DNA of 64,000 nt from a virus. Lineage: Duplodnaviria; Heunggongvirae; Uroviricota; Caudoviricetes. Shown one piece after another: positions 39,316 through 48,748 of this stretch. Position 1 is the first letter of the stretch, and each line of letters begins with the position of its first letter. Location: the IMG/VR virus record IMGVR_UViG_3300017987_000047; one strand, given 5' to 3'. The translations under genes and the position numbers were made by a program. A model generated the notes under the pieces. It saw nothing but the letters and a program-made list of their open reading frames with translations. It had not been told where the DNA came from and did no database searches.

Positions 39316-40305
39316 TTAACTTCTCCAATTTTTAACGTCTTCTGCTATTTCAGGATGTTCTCGGTACCAAGCAACGAACTTTGGAACGCCTTCAGAAATA
39401 TTTATTTTATTTTGGAAGCCTAAGTCTTGTTTTGCCCTAGACACATCAACATGATTTTCAACAACATCCCCAAGTTGCATTGGTAAAAGGTTTTTCACAG
39501 CTACCTTTTTTGTTGCTTTTTCAATTGTTGCAACAAGGTCTAGTAAACCTTCACTTTTATCATTCCCTAGGTTATAAATCTCATATTTTGGCAATGCTGG
39601 AGTTTCGCAGGCAGCAGTAATCCCTTCCACGATGTCATCAATATAAGAGAAATCCCTTTTCATTTTTCCGTACCCAAAAATAGGCAGTGGTTCATTATTT
39701 AGAATCTTTTCAGTAAAGATCCATAATGCCATATCTGGTCTTCCCCAAGTGCCGTAGACTGTGAAGAATCTTAATCCAATTGTTTGAATACCGAAAAGTT
39801 CGGAATAGCAGTGTGCCATTAATTCATTAGATGCCTTTGTAGCAGCATATAAACTAATTGGGGTATCGATCCTCTGAGTCTCTACCAAGGGTTGAATTTC
39901 TTGTTTCCCGTAAACGGAAGAACTTGAGGCGTAAACAAGCCTTGCCGGATTTTTGCTTTCTTTAATGGCTTCTAAAAGATTTAGAAACCCATTGATATTA
40001 CACTTAATAAAACGATGGGGGTGTTCTATAGAATCCCGAACACCCGCAACGGCAGCTAAGTTACAAACGACGTCAGGTTGGAAATCTTTTACTACCCCTT
40101 GTAATTTTGGGTCGTTGAGATCCATGGTGATATGTTTAAAAGCAGAGAAATCTTTTTCTAGCTTCTCTTTTCTTTTATATTTGATTAGGGTTGGATATGC
40201 CGGGACAAAATTATCGATCCCTACAACTTCTATACCTCTTTGGAGGTATGACCTCGTAAGGTGGTACCCAATAAACCCAGCGGAGCCTGTTATAAGAATT
40301 TTCAT
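39316..40305 (-). CDS. NAD-dependent epimerase (UDP-glucuronate/GlcNAcA 4-epimerase type)
   Basis: TGSAGFIG, LAAVAGVR, ASSSSVYG, YAATK, FFTVYGTWGRPDMA. Confidence 0.92.
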   Translation of the reverse strand: MKILITGSAGFIGYHLTRSYLQRGIEVVGIDNFVPAYPTLIKYKRKEKLEKDFSAFKHITMDLNDPKLQGVVKDFQPDVVCNLAAVAGVRDSIEHPHRFIKCNINGFLNLLEAIKESKNPARLVYASSSSVYGKQEIQPLVETQRIDTPISLYAATKASNELMAHCYSELFGIQTIGLRFFTVYGTWGRPDMALWIFTEKILNNEPLPIFGYGKMKRDFSYIDDIVEGITAACETPALPKYEIYNLGNDKSEGLLDLVATIEKATKKVAVKNLLPMQLGDVVENHVDVSRAKQDLGFQNKINISEGVPKFVAWYREHPEIAEDVKNWRS

Positions 40306-41576
40306 CGTTTTATAGTTTGGCTTCGTTTTGGTCCAACTGAAACGGTAGTAATTGGGATGTTCACAATCTTTTCAACTTCCTCAACGAAAAACTTTGCTTG
40401 TTCTGGAAGTTCCCCATAAGTTTTACACTCTGTAATATCCTCATCCCAACCAGCAAATTCAACATAGGTAGGGCTACAATCAAGTAACTCATGTGTCATC
40501 GGATATGCTTCATTTGTGTTTAGTCCTTGGTACCCGATACCTACCTTAATCTTTTTCAGCCCCGAGAGAACATCTAATTTCATCAAAGCAAATTCGGTAA
40601 TCCCGGAAACTCTGATCGAATATAAAATCTGGGTGAGATCTAACCATCCACATCTCCTGGGCCTTCCCGTCGTTGCCCCGTACTCCTTCCCCTTTTCCCT
40701 TACATAATTGTCAAAATCGTCGTCGAACTCGGTGGGAAAAGGTCCTGTTCCAATCCTAGTGCAATAAGATTTCATAATCCCAATAATTCGAATTTTTTCT
40801 CCTTCGTTGGGGTAGAAACCACTCCCGGTAAACATATTAGGTGCTACAACATTGCTTGATGTCACATACGGGTATGTTCCATGGTCAAGATCAAGCATTG
40901 TGCCTTGAGCCCCTTCCATTAAAATATGTTTGCCTTCTTTATAGGCTTGTTGTAACATTATTCCAACATCCTTTATATAAGGAGCTAGTTGTTTTCCAAA
41001 GTCATAGTAGTCCTCAAAAACTTCCCAACCATCAAAAGGATTGTCTACCCCGAGAGCTTTAATTTGAGCTTCAAAGTCATTTAAAAGAAGCTTGAACCTT
41101 TTCCTAAAGTAATTCCAATCCTGGAGTTCTCCAACACAAATGCCAACCCGGGATGCCTTCGCTTTATATCCAGGCCCCATCCCGCGCTTTGTAGATCCGA
41201 TCTTTTCCTTTGAATTATCTTCTTCCAAAAGACCATCTAGATATTTATAGAAAGGAAATACAACATGGGCGCGTGGAGAAATAAAAAGGCGATTCTCAAA
41301 ATTAATGCCTTCATTCCCCAGGGCCTCAAGCTCTTTTAGAAATGCTCCGGGGTCAATTAAAACCCCATTGCCTAAGGCACATTTAACCCCAGGACGAATA
41401 ATTCCCGAGGGAACTAAATGGAATACGTATTTCTTATCCCCCACCTCGACAGTATGCCCAGCATTCGCCCCACCTTGAAAACGCACAACATAATCTGCAT
41501 TTTCTGTTTCATAATCGACGATTTTCGCTTTTCCTTCGTCTCCCCACTGTAAACCTAAAATTGCTGTGATCGGCAT
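40302..41576 (-). CDS. purA: Adenylosuccinate synthetase
   Basis: GLQWGDEGK, GGANAGHT, EGAQG, GATTGRPRRCGWLD; start set at MPITAIL. Confidence 0.95.
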   Translation of the reverse strand: MPITAILGLQWGDEGKAKIVDYETENADYVVRFQGGANAGHTVEVGDKKYVFHLVPSGIIRPGVKCALGNGVLIDPGAFLKELEALGNEGINFENRLFISPRAHVVFPFYKYLDGLLEEDNSKEKIGSTKRGMGPGYKAKASRVGICVGELQDWNYFRKRFKLLLNDFEAQIKALGVDNPFDGWEVFEDYYDFGKQLAPYIKDVGIMLQQAYKEGKHILMEGAQGTMLDLDHGTYPYVTSSNVVAPNMFTGSGFYPNEGEKIRIIGIMKSYCTRIGTGPFPTEFDDDFDNYVREKGKEYGATTGRPRRCGWLDLTQILYSIRVSGITEFALMKLDVLSGLKKIKVGIGYQGLNTNEAYPMTHELLDCSPTYVEFAGWDEDITECKTYGELPEQAKFFVEEVEKIVNIPITTVSVGPKRSQTIKR

Positions 41577-41589
41577 GCTGCCTCTCCTT

Positions 41590-42306
41590 TTAAAATAATT
41601 CCTTTTTCGATAAAATAACCATACCCGAATTCTGTTCTTTCTCTTTTCCCCTAAATAGATGGCCCCGGAAAGAAACAAGATAAGAATAATATTTTTCCGT
41701 ATTTAAGATTTGATCAACTACCCCTTTGACTGCGAATTTTACTGGGTCATAGTCATCAAATACAAAAATGGTATTTTCATTTGAATGTTTTTTGCCTATC
41801 TCAAAATCTTCCAGAATTATATTTTTATTACTATGGTCCCCATCAATAAAAACCAAATCAAAATCAAAGCTTTTTAGTTTTGCTGTTTCAGACCGATGTA
41901 ACATCTCAATCTTAGATTTTGTATCTATCGGGATCTTATTATAAATGTCTAGATTTGAAGCCCAAACCGCTCTATAACCGATAGCAGTTTTTCTTTGTTC
42001 GTCCTTCCTTAAAATATCGACCGTTTGAATTTCTCCAATCGAGGGAGAAAGAGAGACCATATAGCATGCTGTTCCTCTTCCTGTTCCAACCTCAAACATT
42101 CTTTTGCATTTACAGTGGTCAGCTAATGCTTTGAGAATAAGGGGTTGCTCCATGCCCCAAGAAAGTTCAAAACAGTCTAAGGCATTTGGTTTGTTTTGGT
42201 TTGTTCTTGTCTTTGTATAATAACAAATTTTCTTTAAGGACTCTTTATCTTTTAACCAGTCGTAGTTAAGCAGCGAAAAAAGGTCCAGGAGATTGATATT
42301 TCTCAT
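41590..42306 (-). CDS. Class I SAM methyltransferase
   Basis: FEVGTGRG, FIDGDH, FDDY. Confidence 0.8.
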   Translation of the reverse strand: MRNINLLDLFSLLNYDWLKDKESLKKICYYTKTRTNQNKPNALDCFELSWGMEQPLILKALADHCKCKRMFEVGTGRGTACYMVSLSPSIGEIQTVDILRKDEQRKTAIGYRAVWASNLDIYNKIPIDTKSKIEMLHRSETAKLKSFDFDLVFIDGDHSNKNIILEDFEIGKKHSNENTIFVFDDYDPVKFAVKGVVDQILNTEKYYSYLVSFRGHLFRGKEKEQNSGMVILSKKELF

Positions 42307-42342
42307 CTTTATATAAGCAAAATTTTTTGATAAACGAAAGAA

Positions 42343-42708
42343 CTAGAGGTTTTTTGCAAGCTCTTCTGCTAGTGCCCAACCTCTAATAGTGGGTTCTAGC
42401 CTGGCAACGGGAGAATATATATCTTCGCTAAAATGGGGATCTAGCTCCCCGGTTTTCATAAGCTTCTCAAATTCTTGGTAGTTGTCATAGACTAATATCT
42501 TAACACCACCATAGTTCACGCAGTCGTGGTAACGAACCTCGACAACAATTGCATCGTTAACTCTCTTTTTTCGTACTATACTCCAACGATATTTGTTTGG
42601 GTTTGGGATTACGATAATTTCTTTTTCTTTTTGGATAATTACTTCCCTCGTTGGGGAATTTGGGGTATCCTTATCACAAAAGCTAGAGCTAAATAACCTA
42701 AGTCCCAT
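42343..42708 (-). CDS. Hypothetical phage protein
   Basis: PNP..Y.DC.NY.G.KILVY..LDPHF..PVAR. Confidence 0.6.
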   Translation of the reverse strand: MGLRLFSSSFCDKDTPNSPTREVIIQKEKEIIVIPNPNKYRWSIVRKKRVNDAIVVEVRYHDCVNYGGVKILVYDNYQEFEKLMKTGELDPHFSEDIYSPVARLEPTIRGWALAEELAKNL

Positions 42709-42709
42709 C

Positions 42710-43393
42710 TTAGTCCTCCCTTCGAAGATTTATCATATGCCACATTTTTTCAACCGCCCGAGTATTATTATATTCTGTTATACTATAATTTTCCCACTTA
42801 ATAAAATCATCTAACGGGTTATTACGTAAAAGTTCAAGTTTTTCTTCTGCTTCTTCCTTCGTTGTATAGATTGCGATCACTCCGAATTCGTCATAATCAG
42901 AGTATGTAATTGCGTAAACGGTTAGAGGTTCTTTTACCGGATTTAATAAGAATGGGTGAGGTTTTTGGGCATTCTGTACCCTTTCAATTAAATCTTCTAG
43001 AGATACTTTACAGGCTCCAACTTTAAGCATTTCTTTTCTTTTTTCAACCGTAGCCCTAACACACCAGAGAGGGGACAGTTCATGTGTTTCCCACTTTAAT
43101 TCGACTTCGAATCCAAACCGTGCTGAAACTGCATATTTGGGGGGTAATCCTATTTCGTCAAATTTTTGAAGGACTTTTTCGGCATAACTTAGGAAAGCGT
43201 CGAGGGTTGTCCCATCTTCTTCGTCTTCCCGAAAAGCTTCAGGGGAGTTATACCTTTCCCTGCCTTCTTCCCCAAGACTCTCAATCTTAGCAAGGAATTC
43301 TTTTTCGAGAAGTTCTTTATAGCTTTTCATAGCTTTATGCCTTTTTAAATTCATATCCGTAATACTGGATATCTTTTTCGTAAATTCTGGCAA
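42710..43393 (-). CDS. Hypothetical protein (true start probably internal)
   Basis: ORF track; packed in operon. Confidence 0.55.
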   Translation of the reverse strand: MPEFTKKISSITDMNLKRHKAMKSYKELLEKEFLAKIESLGEEGRERYNSPEAFREDEEDGTTLDAFLSYAEKVLQKFDEIGLPPKYAVSARFGFEVELKWETHELSPLWCVRATVEKRKEMLKVGACKVSLEDLIERVQNAQKPHPFLLNPVKEPLTVYAITYSDYDEFGVIAIYTTKEEAEEKLELLRNNPLDDFIKWENYSITEYNNTRAVEKMWHMINLRRED

Positions 43394-43946
43394 CTATTTC
43401 TTTTCGGGTTTTGTTGTAGTACCTCGAATAGTGGGTACGTGAAGATTTATTTCGGTGGGGAATTTTTGTATTCGGGAGGCCAATGCGTTTGAATACTTTG
43501 TTTAAGTCTTCCTGCAAATTTTCAAAACTACACAGCTGGTCCGTAATTTGCTGCCCGTCGCTGTGGGTGTAGTGGTGTATGGCAAAAGAATGGGCTCTAA
43601 CCTTCTTTCTTTTTTTACAAATTTCCTCTATCTCTTCGATAAACTTTTCGGGCTGAATCTTAAAATAACTGGCAATTGAAACTACTCTATCCCAAGGATT
43701 TCGAGTGACCGCGAAAATGAAATAGTTTTCTAATTCTTTTTCTGTTATCTTTTTCAGCCATTCTGTAAATTGTTTTGGGTTATCCTTTTGGTGGATAATA
43801 CCTTTTATCCTTTTCAACAAAATGCTGCGAAGTATGCTTGTTCCCGCAGTTTTTGCTGGCTTCATATAAATAAATCTTTTAGCTGGGGAGACAATAATTC
43901 CACGGGGATGGATATGATTTATCAAAAACTGTTTGCGTATTTCCAC
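43335..43946 (-). CDS. Sulfotransferase (Sulfotransfer_2 type)
   Basis: KPAKTAGTS, RNPWDRVVS, FENL, YSRYY, YGYEF. Confidence 0.85.
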   Translation of the reverse strand: MEIRKQFLINHIHPRGIIVSPAKRFIYMKPAKTAGTSILRSILLKRIKGIIHQKDNPKQFTEWLKKITEKELENYFIFAVTRNPWDRVVSIASYFKIQPEKFIEEIEEICKKRKKVRAHSFAIHHYTHSDGQQITDQLCSFENLQEDLNKVFKRIGLPNTKIPHRNKSSRTHYSRYYNKTRKEIVARIYEKDIQYYGYEFKKA

Positions 43947-43985
43947 TTTCCCAAACCTTTCCCAAGCCTTTTTCTATCTTTAGAA

Positions 43986-44058
43986 CGCACCCGGTGGGAT
44001 TTGAACCCACGATCAGAGGGTTAGAGCCTCCTGCATTAGGCCACTATGCTACGGATGC
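43986..44058 (-). tRNA. Amber suppressor tRNA (anticodon CUA)
   Basis: GCATCCG/CGGGTGC acceptor; GGAGG-CTCTAAC-CCTCT anticodon arm; GTGGG-TTCAAAT-CCCAC T arm. Confidence 0.85.
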
Positions 44059-44069
44059 ACTTGTTATAA

Positions 44070-44143
44070 TAGGCACGGTGAGACTTGAACTCACAACCCC
44101 TACCCTGTCAAGATAGTGCTCTAGCCAGTTGAGCTACGCGCCT
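44070..44143 (-). tRNA. tRNA-Val(GAC)
   Basis: Full cloverleaf; loop TT GAC AG; A73. Confidence 0.92.
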
Positions 44144-44156
44144 AATTTATAATACC

Positions 44157-44924
44157 TTAATCCCAGTCAAAAAAGCCAGAAATGTTGTCAATTTCAGGCT
44201 CTCTTTCATCCTCGCCCTCGAAATCATAAAAAGCATGCAACCATCGCATTGGATAGTTATCTGTTAAATCGGCTGCTAGTTTATTCACCTCCTTAATATG
44301 TGGGGATAACTTTTTCCGATACCTCTTAATAATTTCTAATAATTCCTTTTCCATTTCTGCGTAAACAACATCAGAATAGTCGTGCAATTTGCTAGAAGCA
44401 TTTTCGTATTTACGCATTCGTTCTCGAATTATTATTTGATCCTTTTCCGTTAAATCCCATTGAAAATTACATGTGGGGCATTTATAGAAATATATTTGAT
44501 CTCCCCTATAGTCCCCCGCAACTAATGGCCTATCCAGGAGGTTCCTACAATATGCCCCACATTCGGTACATCTGCACGTTGGGCCTGACCGAAAAAATGT
44601 TTTTAAGGTAGTGTAGATTAACCTTATTTCTTCTTTTAGACCAAATTTTCGTGATGTAAATTTTCTTTTGACCTTGTCTTTACCAAGAAACAAGTCACTT
44701 GACCCATCTTCGTAAATTAGGAGTTGGGCAGTTAAGGTTTCCCAGCCGAGATGAATCCCAAGACTTGGTAGGGTAATGGGCTCGATTTGAGTAACCCTTT
44801 GATGTATAAAACCTCCTTGTTCCTTTTCCCCAATCTTAAAGAAAGTCTTAAGCACTTTCTTTTGCCTTCTCGTTGGTTTTTTCGACAATCTATCCAAAAA
44901 ACTTTCTAAATTTTTCATTTTCAA
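44157..44924 (-). CDS. Hypothetical protein with Zn-ribbon
   Basis: CTEC...CPTC. Confidence 0.6.
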   Translation of the reverse strand: MKMKNLESFLDRLSKKPTRRQKKVLKTFFKIGEKEQGGFIHQRVTQIEPITLPSLGIHLGWETLTAQLLIYEDGSSDLFLGKDKVKRKFTSRKFGLKEEIRLIYTTLKTFFRSGPTCRCTECGAYCRNLLDRPLVAGDYRGDQIYFYKCPTCNFQWDLTEKDQIIIRERMRKYENASSKLHDYSDVVYAEMEKELLEIIKRYRKKLSPHIKEVNKLAADLTDNYPMRWLHAFYDFEGEDEREPEIDNISGFFDWD

Positions 44925-44956
44925 CCTCTTTCATCTAGACGAGTATTTCAATATAA

Positions 44957-45045
44957 AGGGCCGGGTGGGATTCGAACCCACGGAGGAACCTAAACTCCCC
45001 ATCCGGTTTCGAACCGGACGCCTTAAACCACTCAGCCACCGACCC
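44957..45045 (-). tRNA. tRNA-Ser(CGA)
   Basis: TCCGG-TTCGAAA-CCGGA; long variable arm; U73. Confidence 0.9.
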
Positions 45046-45047
45046 AA

Positions 45048-45581
45048 TTAATCACTATCCTTATAATTCTCTTCTGGCTCTATCCCGTAGCTCCAATTTC
45101 CAGCATGGATTCTAAATTTGGGTTCTCCTTTCAAATTTTTCTTGCTTGGATCTAAACCGGCATGCCAGTCATAAAACTTTTTATGTTCTTTCGCTTCTTC
45201 GTTTACTTTCCCTATCGCCCTTTTCCCATCGCTATCATACTCTGTATGACATCCAACATATTTTGTAAACTTTGCGTGAACCTCATCTTCTATTTCCCAG
45301 TCTTCCTCCGAAAGATCTTCTAAGACATAAATTATTTCAGATACAGATTCGTACGAGTCCATAAAGGAATCGATCATTCTTTCCGAGACTTCAATTGCAA
45401 TCCTAAAAAAGTATCTTTTACCCCCAAAAGAACAAACCCCAGAGAGAGGAAAATCCCAATAGTTTTTGTGATAGAGCATGTAAGCTTCCATTGGCTCAAC
45501 CCTTGGGAGGCTTAAAACATAACGATATGAATACCCGTTTAACTCGTTGATGTTTCTATGTTCGTCCTCAATCCTATCCAT
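45048..45581 (-). CDS. Hypothetical protein; likely paralog of 51780-52448 without the terminal motif
   Basis: YWDFPLSG...YFFRI vs WYDGPLSI...WFFRI. Confidence 0.6.
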   Translation of the reverse strand: MDRIEDEHRNINELNGYSYRYVLSLPRVEPMEAYMLYHKNYWDFPLSGVCSFGGKRYFFRIAIEVSERMIDSFMDSYESVSEIIYVLEDLSEEDWEIEDEVHAKFTKYVGCHTEYDSDGKRAIGKVNEEAKEHKKFYDWHAGLDPSKKNLKGEPKFRIHAGNWSYGIEPEENYKDSD

Positions 45582-46365
45582 TTAACGTTTCCTTTAACTT
45601 TGAATAAAGCTTATGCGGAGTATTGTTTGATAGGCCACTCATTTGCCCATCGTTGATTTCAATTAAAACCCAACCCCCGTCTTGTTTTTCAGCAACATCA
45701 AGAACGAAGAAGTCTACATGCTTAGATGCAATTTTCGCAACATCCCTTGCTAGTTGTATCCCCTCCTCGTCTATTTTTCCCAATTCGGGGTTTTCCATTA
45801 TTGACCAATAAAATCCATAAGTCAATATCGTTTCTTTATAAAAGAAAAAGCGGAATTCATTTGTGAAGGGGAGCCCGTTTAATCCGATTTCAAAAGTTTT
45901 AAGGGGGATATACTTTCTGTAAATAATTCCCTGCTGGCTAATCATGGGATCTTGCATTAATTCTGCTCCCATTAGGACAGCATCTCTTTTTGTCTCGGCA
46001 AACATGTGGGTATTCCACCGAAACTTACGACTGTTCGTTAATCCTTTGAGCACGAAAGGCCCCTCATCGCTACAGGAAGCGAATTCATTTTCTGTCCAGC
46101 TCCTAGGGGTGTACTCTTTAAGGTCCTGGTAATATTCGAAGTTTGCGATCCATAAATGAGATCTGTGAGAGTTAATAAGTGTTGACCCTAAATTATTAAC
46201 ATCAACTTCTAGCTCTTTATAATAAGGAAGCGCAGAATATCGGGGGATTACAAGCGAGCCTGTAGGAATTTCAGAGCGGTACTCAACCACTTGAAAATAC
46301 TCTTTTGCAATATTAAACTCTTCTTCGCTGTCGTAGTCTTTTCTAAAGAGGATAACCGGTTTCAT
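45574..46365 (-). CDS. ATP-grasp protein (R2K/DUF4343-like)
   Basis: FVLKG..SRK, EFRFF, FFVLDVA..W.LIEINDGQMSGL. Confidence 0.8.
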   Translation of the reverse strand: MKPVILFRKDYDSEEEFNIAKEYFQVVEYRSEIPTGSLVIPRYSALPYYKELEVDVNNLGSTLINSHRSHLWIANFEYYQDLKEYTPRSWTENEFASCSDEGPFVLKGLTNSRKFRWNTHMFAETKRDAVLMGAELMQDPMISQQGIIYRKYIPLKTFEIGLNGLPFTNEFRFFFYKETILTYGFYWSIMENPELGKIDEEGIQLARDVAKIASKHVDFFVLDVAEKQDGGWVLIEINDGQMSGLSNNTPHKLYSKLKETLNG

Positions 46366-46366
46366 G

Positions 46367-46870
46367 TTAATCTGCTTTCTTTTTTGCTCTTTCTCTTCGT
46401 TTAATTGCTACTAATTCTTTTACGACCGGGAAGCTTTCCGAATCACCCTTATACCCATTACATTCAACACAAAGCGGTTGTAAGTTAAAAATCCGTGAAA
46501 TCCCCCCTTTGGATGCTGGTACAATATGATCCCTTGTTAAATCAATTTTATATCCGTACTCGTCCAAAACAAAAGGAAAGAGACGAATTCTTTTGCGAGG
46601 GTCTTTTACATTATTATTTTTCCGAATATCAAAACCAGCACAATCGAGGCCACAACAAACACATCCTGCTTTTTTAAGTTTTAAAAGTTGTAGGAGTTGA
46701 GTGTTTGTTCGGACAACATACCCCCGAATTTCGGAGTGGATAAAGTTTGTGAACTCTTTTCCCCCTTTGTCGTACATCTCTTTATAATTCGGGTCGAAGA
46801 TCGTCTTTAGATGTGGAAGTATTTCCTCTAAAGGGATATTCCTAACCAGTGTTGTCCATTCTTTAGCCAT
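46367..46870 (-). CDS. HNH endonuclease
   Basis: CVCC, TRDHIVPASKGG..NLQPLCVECN..K. Confidence 0.85.
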   Translation of the reverse strand: MAKEWTTLVRNIPLEEILPHLKTIFDPNYKEMYDKGGKEFTNFIHSEIRGYVVRTNTQLLQLLKLKKAGCVCCGLDCAGFDIRKNNNVKDPRKRIRLFPFVLDEYGYKIDLTRDHIVPASKGGISRIFNLQPLCVECNGYKGDSESFPVVKELVAIKRRERAKKKAD

Positions 46871-46901
46871 ATTGTATCTTTAGTTCGAGAAATTCCTCCT
46901 A

Positions 46902-47255
46902 TTATATATACGGAAAAGTTTTAAAAGAAGTTGTCGTTAAGTCGTCGTAAATGCCATTTTTAAGAGCTTTCTTGGCTAAATCCCTTACAATTTTATGCGC
47001 GGAGGTTAAAAAAGCCCGGATTGGCACTTCTTCATGGTAGTTATTGTTATCCTTAAAATTCCAAGGGAAATCCCAGTCCCATGTGTAATAGGGGGTAGCT
47101 GAATTAATGTACAGTAACCCTTTTTCTAAAGCCGCTTCCCCCTTACGTTGATATGATATCCCCATAATAGGAAACGCAGAAATGGAGGAAGGAACATTCA
47201 TTGGGGAATACTTTATTTTTGGACGGAAAAAAGTTATGGGTGGTTTTTCAGCCAT
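46902..47255 (-). CDS. Hypothetical protein with LLT..R..AK motif
   Basis: FLTSAHKIVRDLAKK near C-terminus. Confidence 0.65.
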   Translation of the reverse strand: MAEKPPITFFRPKIKYSPMNVPSSISAFPIMGISYQRKGEAALEKGLLYINSATPYYTWDWDFPWNFKDNNNYHEEVPIRAFLTSAHKIVRDLAKKALKNGIYDDLTTTSFKTFPYI

Positions 47256-47779
47256 TGTTTTGCATATTTTCTAAGTTCGGGGGCATCGCTGGTTAAAAGC
47301 TTTTCCATTTTGTTGTGCGCCTGGATTAAATAAAACCACCAACAATCCTTTGCAAATTTAAATTCGGGAACCTGAAAAGCTAAACAGTTCGTTGCTTGGT
47401 TTAGCAAAAAAGGAATTTCTGAAATGGGGTCTGGCCAAGGAAAAGCGACATTATCAAAAATTAAACAGGTTGGAGGTTCCATCCCCCGATGGCGGGTTAG
47501 GTCCACAACCCCAGGGAATACATAAAGCGTAGAATTTGATCCCGGTAAAGTAAACCTAGGATTATTATGCCTACCCGATTTATTTATCTCCGGAACCAAT
47601 CCAGTCAAATTTATATCATCATAGCCTGAAAAACAATAGATATTTTCATTTTGTTTTTTAAGATATTTGAGTGCGTATAAGGCGCATGTCGTAGTTGCCC
47701 CTTTTCTCCTTTCCCAAACATAAGCTTGAATAGAGTTTTCTTTTGCTAAAATGTCTTTTTGTTCTTGTCTAAGTATCAT
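47234..47779 (-). CDS. Degenerate terminase/helicase-like P-loop protein with C-terminal motif
   Basis: WERRKGATT, RG..LIFDN; LLTSDAPELRKYAK. Confidence 0.55.
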   Translation of the reverse strand: MILRQEQKDILAKENSIQAYVWERRKGATTTCALYALKYLKKQNENIYCFSGYDDINLTGLVPEINKSGRHNNPRFTLPGSNSTLYVFPGVVDLTRHRGMEPPTCLIFDNVAFPWPDPISEIPFLLNQATNCLAFQVPEFKFAKDCWWFYLIQAHNKMEKLLTSDAPELRKYAKQWLKNHP

Positions 47780-48747
47780 ATTTTATGAGTTTGAGCTGCT
47801 TTATTACAGTAATCAATACAAACATCTAGACACATCTTTTTACAAATTGGGTCTTTTTGGGAGTTATGCCTTTTCAACCACTCGTACCTCTCTTCTCTCA
47901 TGTTTGGGCCAACCTTACCAATTGGGTCTCCCCCTTCCCTCAGGTAGATAATACATGGGAAGTGGTAGTCTCCAGCGATTGCCATATCATCTAAAACTAA
48001 CCAACATTTATCACAATCAGTTTCTCTTAATCCCCGAACATGTCGGACAGCATTAATATTTTTAATCCGATACTTAAGAATTGGGAGCCGGTCAAGAACT
48101 TCTCCCGGCAATTCTGCTAACTTGGATAAAGCCTGGTCGTACTGAGCCGCTGGTATAACCCGCACATCTGAAACCCCCAATGAATCTGCGAATAAGACTG
48201 ATTCTTTACAGTCGTCAATGTTGCTTTCGGTGAAAACCATCCCAACAGTGACATAGGTAATTTTGCTAAGCTCCCGAATTGTACCAACGACCTTATCCCA
48301 AGCACCTGGAATGCCCCCAGCCATTTTATCGCCAATTGAGCAACACCCACCATCCAATGATATGGAAAAGTCATTTGCTCCTGCTTCTACCAACTGGCGG
48401 TAAAGTTCCATAGAAGCAGAGCCGTTTGTGGAAATTGCTATACGCTCAACCCCACCATCTTTACATTGCTTAACTAGCTCAGGTAATCCTTTATAAAGAG
48501 TTGGTTCCCCTCCTGAAAACCTAACATTCTTGAGCTTTTCCTTTGTCCAGTATGAGAGAATCTGGGAAGCTTTTTCAAAAGGAATTGTTCCTTTGATATC
48601 GTCTCTTAGCCCTCGGCAATAAGGACACCGAAAATTACACTTATCAGTAAGAATAAGTTCACACCTCCATAAAGGCGTTTTCGTTGAACAATTGAATGCT
48701 CTTTGGTCGCTTAAGGTATAGAAACCGATATCTTCTAACTTACTCAT
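47776..48747 (-). CDS. Radical SAM protein
   Basis: CNFRCPYC, FSGGEPTL, STNG; C-terminal Cys cluster. Confidence 0.9.
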   Translation of the reverse strand: MSKLEDIGFYTLSDQRAFNCSTKTPLWRCELILTDKCNFRCPYCRGLRDDIKGTIPFEKASQILSYWTKEKLKNVRFSGGEPTLYKGLPELVKQCKDGGVERIAISTNGSASMELYRQLVEAGANDFSISLDGGCCSIGDKMAGGIPGAWDKVVGTIRELSKITYVTVGMVFTESNIDDCKESVLFADSLGVSDVRVIPAAQYDQALSKLAELPGEVLDRLPILKYRIKNINAVRHVRGLRETDCDKCWLVLDDMAIAGDYHFPCIIYLREGGDPIGKVGPNMREERYEWLKRHNSQKDPICKKMCLDVCIDYCNKAAQTHKI

Positions 48748-48748
48748 T

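Noticed and set aside
40302-41576. PurZ (2-aminoadenine DNA pathway)
   Set aside because: The P-loop keeps the catalytic Asp (WGDEGK), which is Ser in PurZ; this is ordinary PurA
43986-44058. tRNA-Arg(UCU) reading of the suppressor
   Set aside because: The stem register fixes the loop as CU-CUA-AC; shifting by one base breaks the stem
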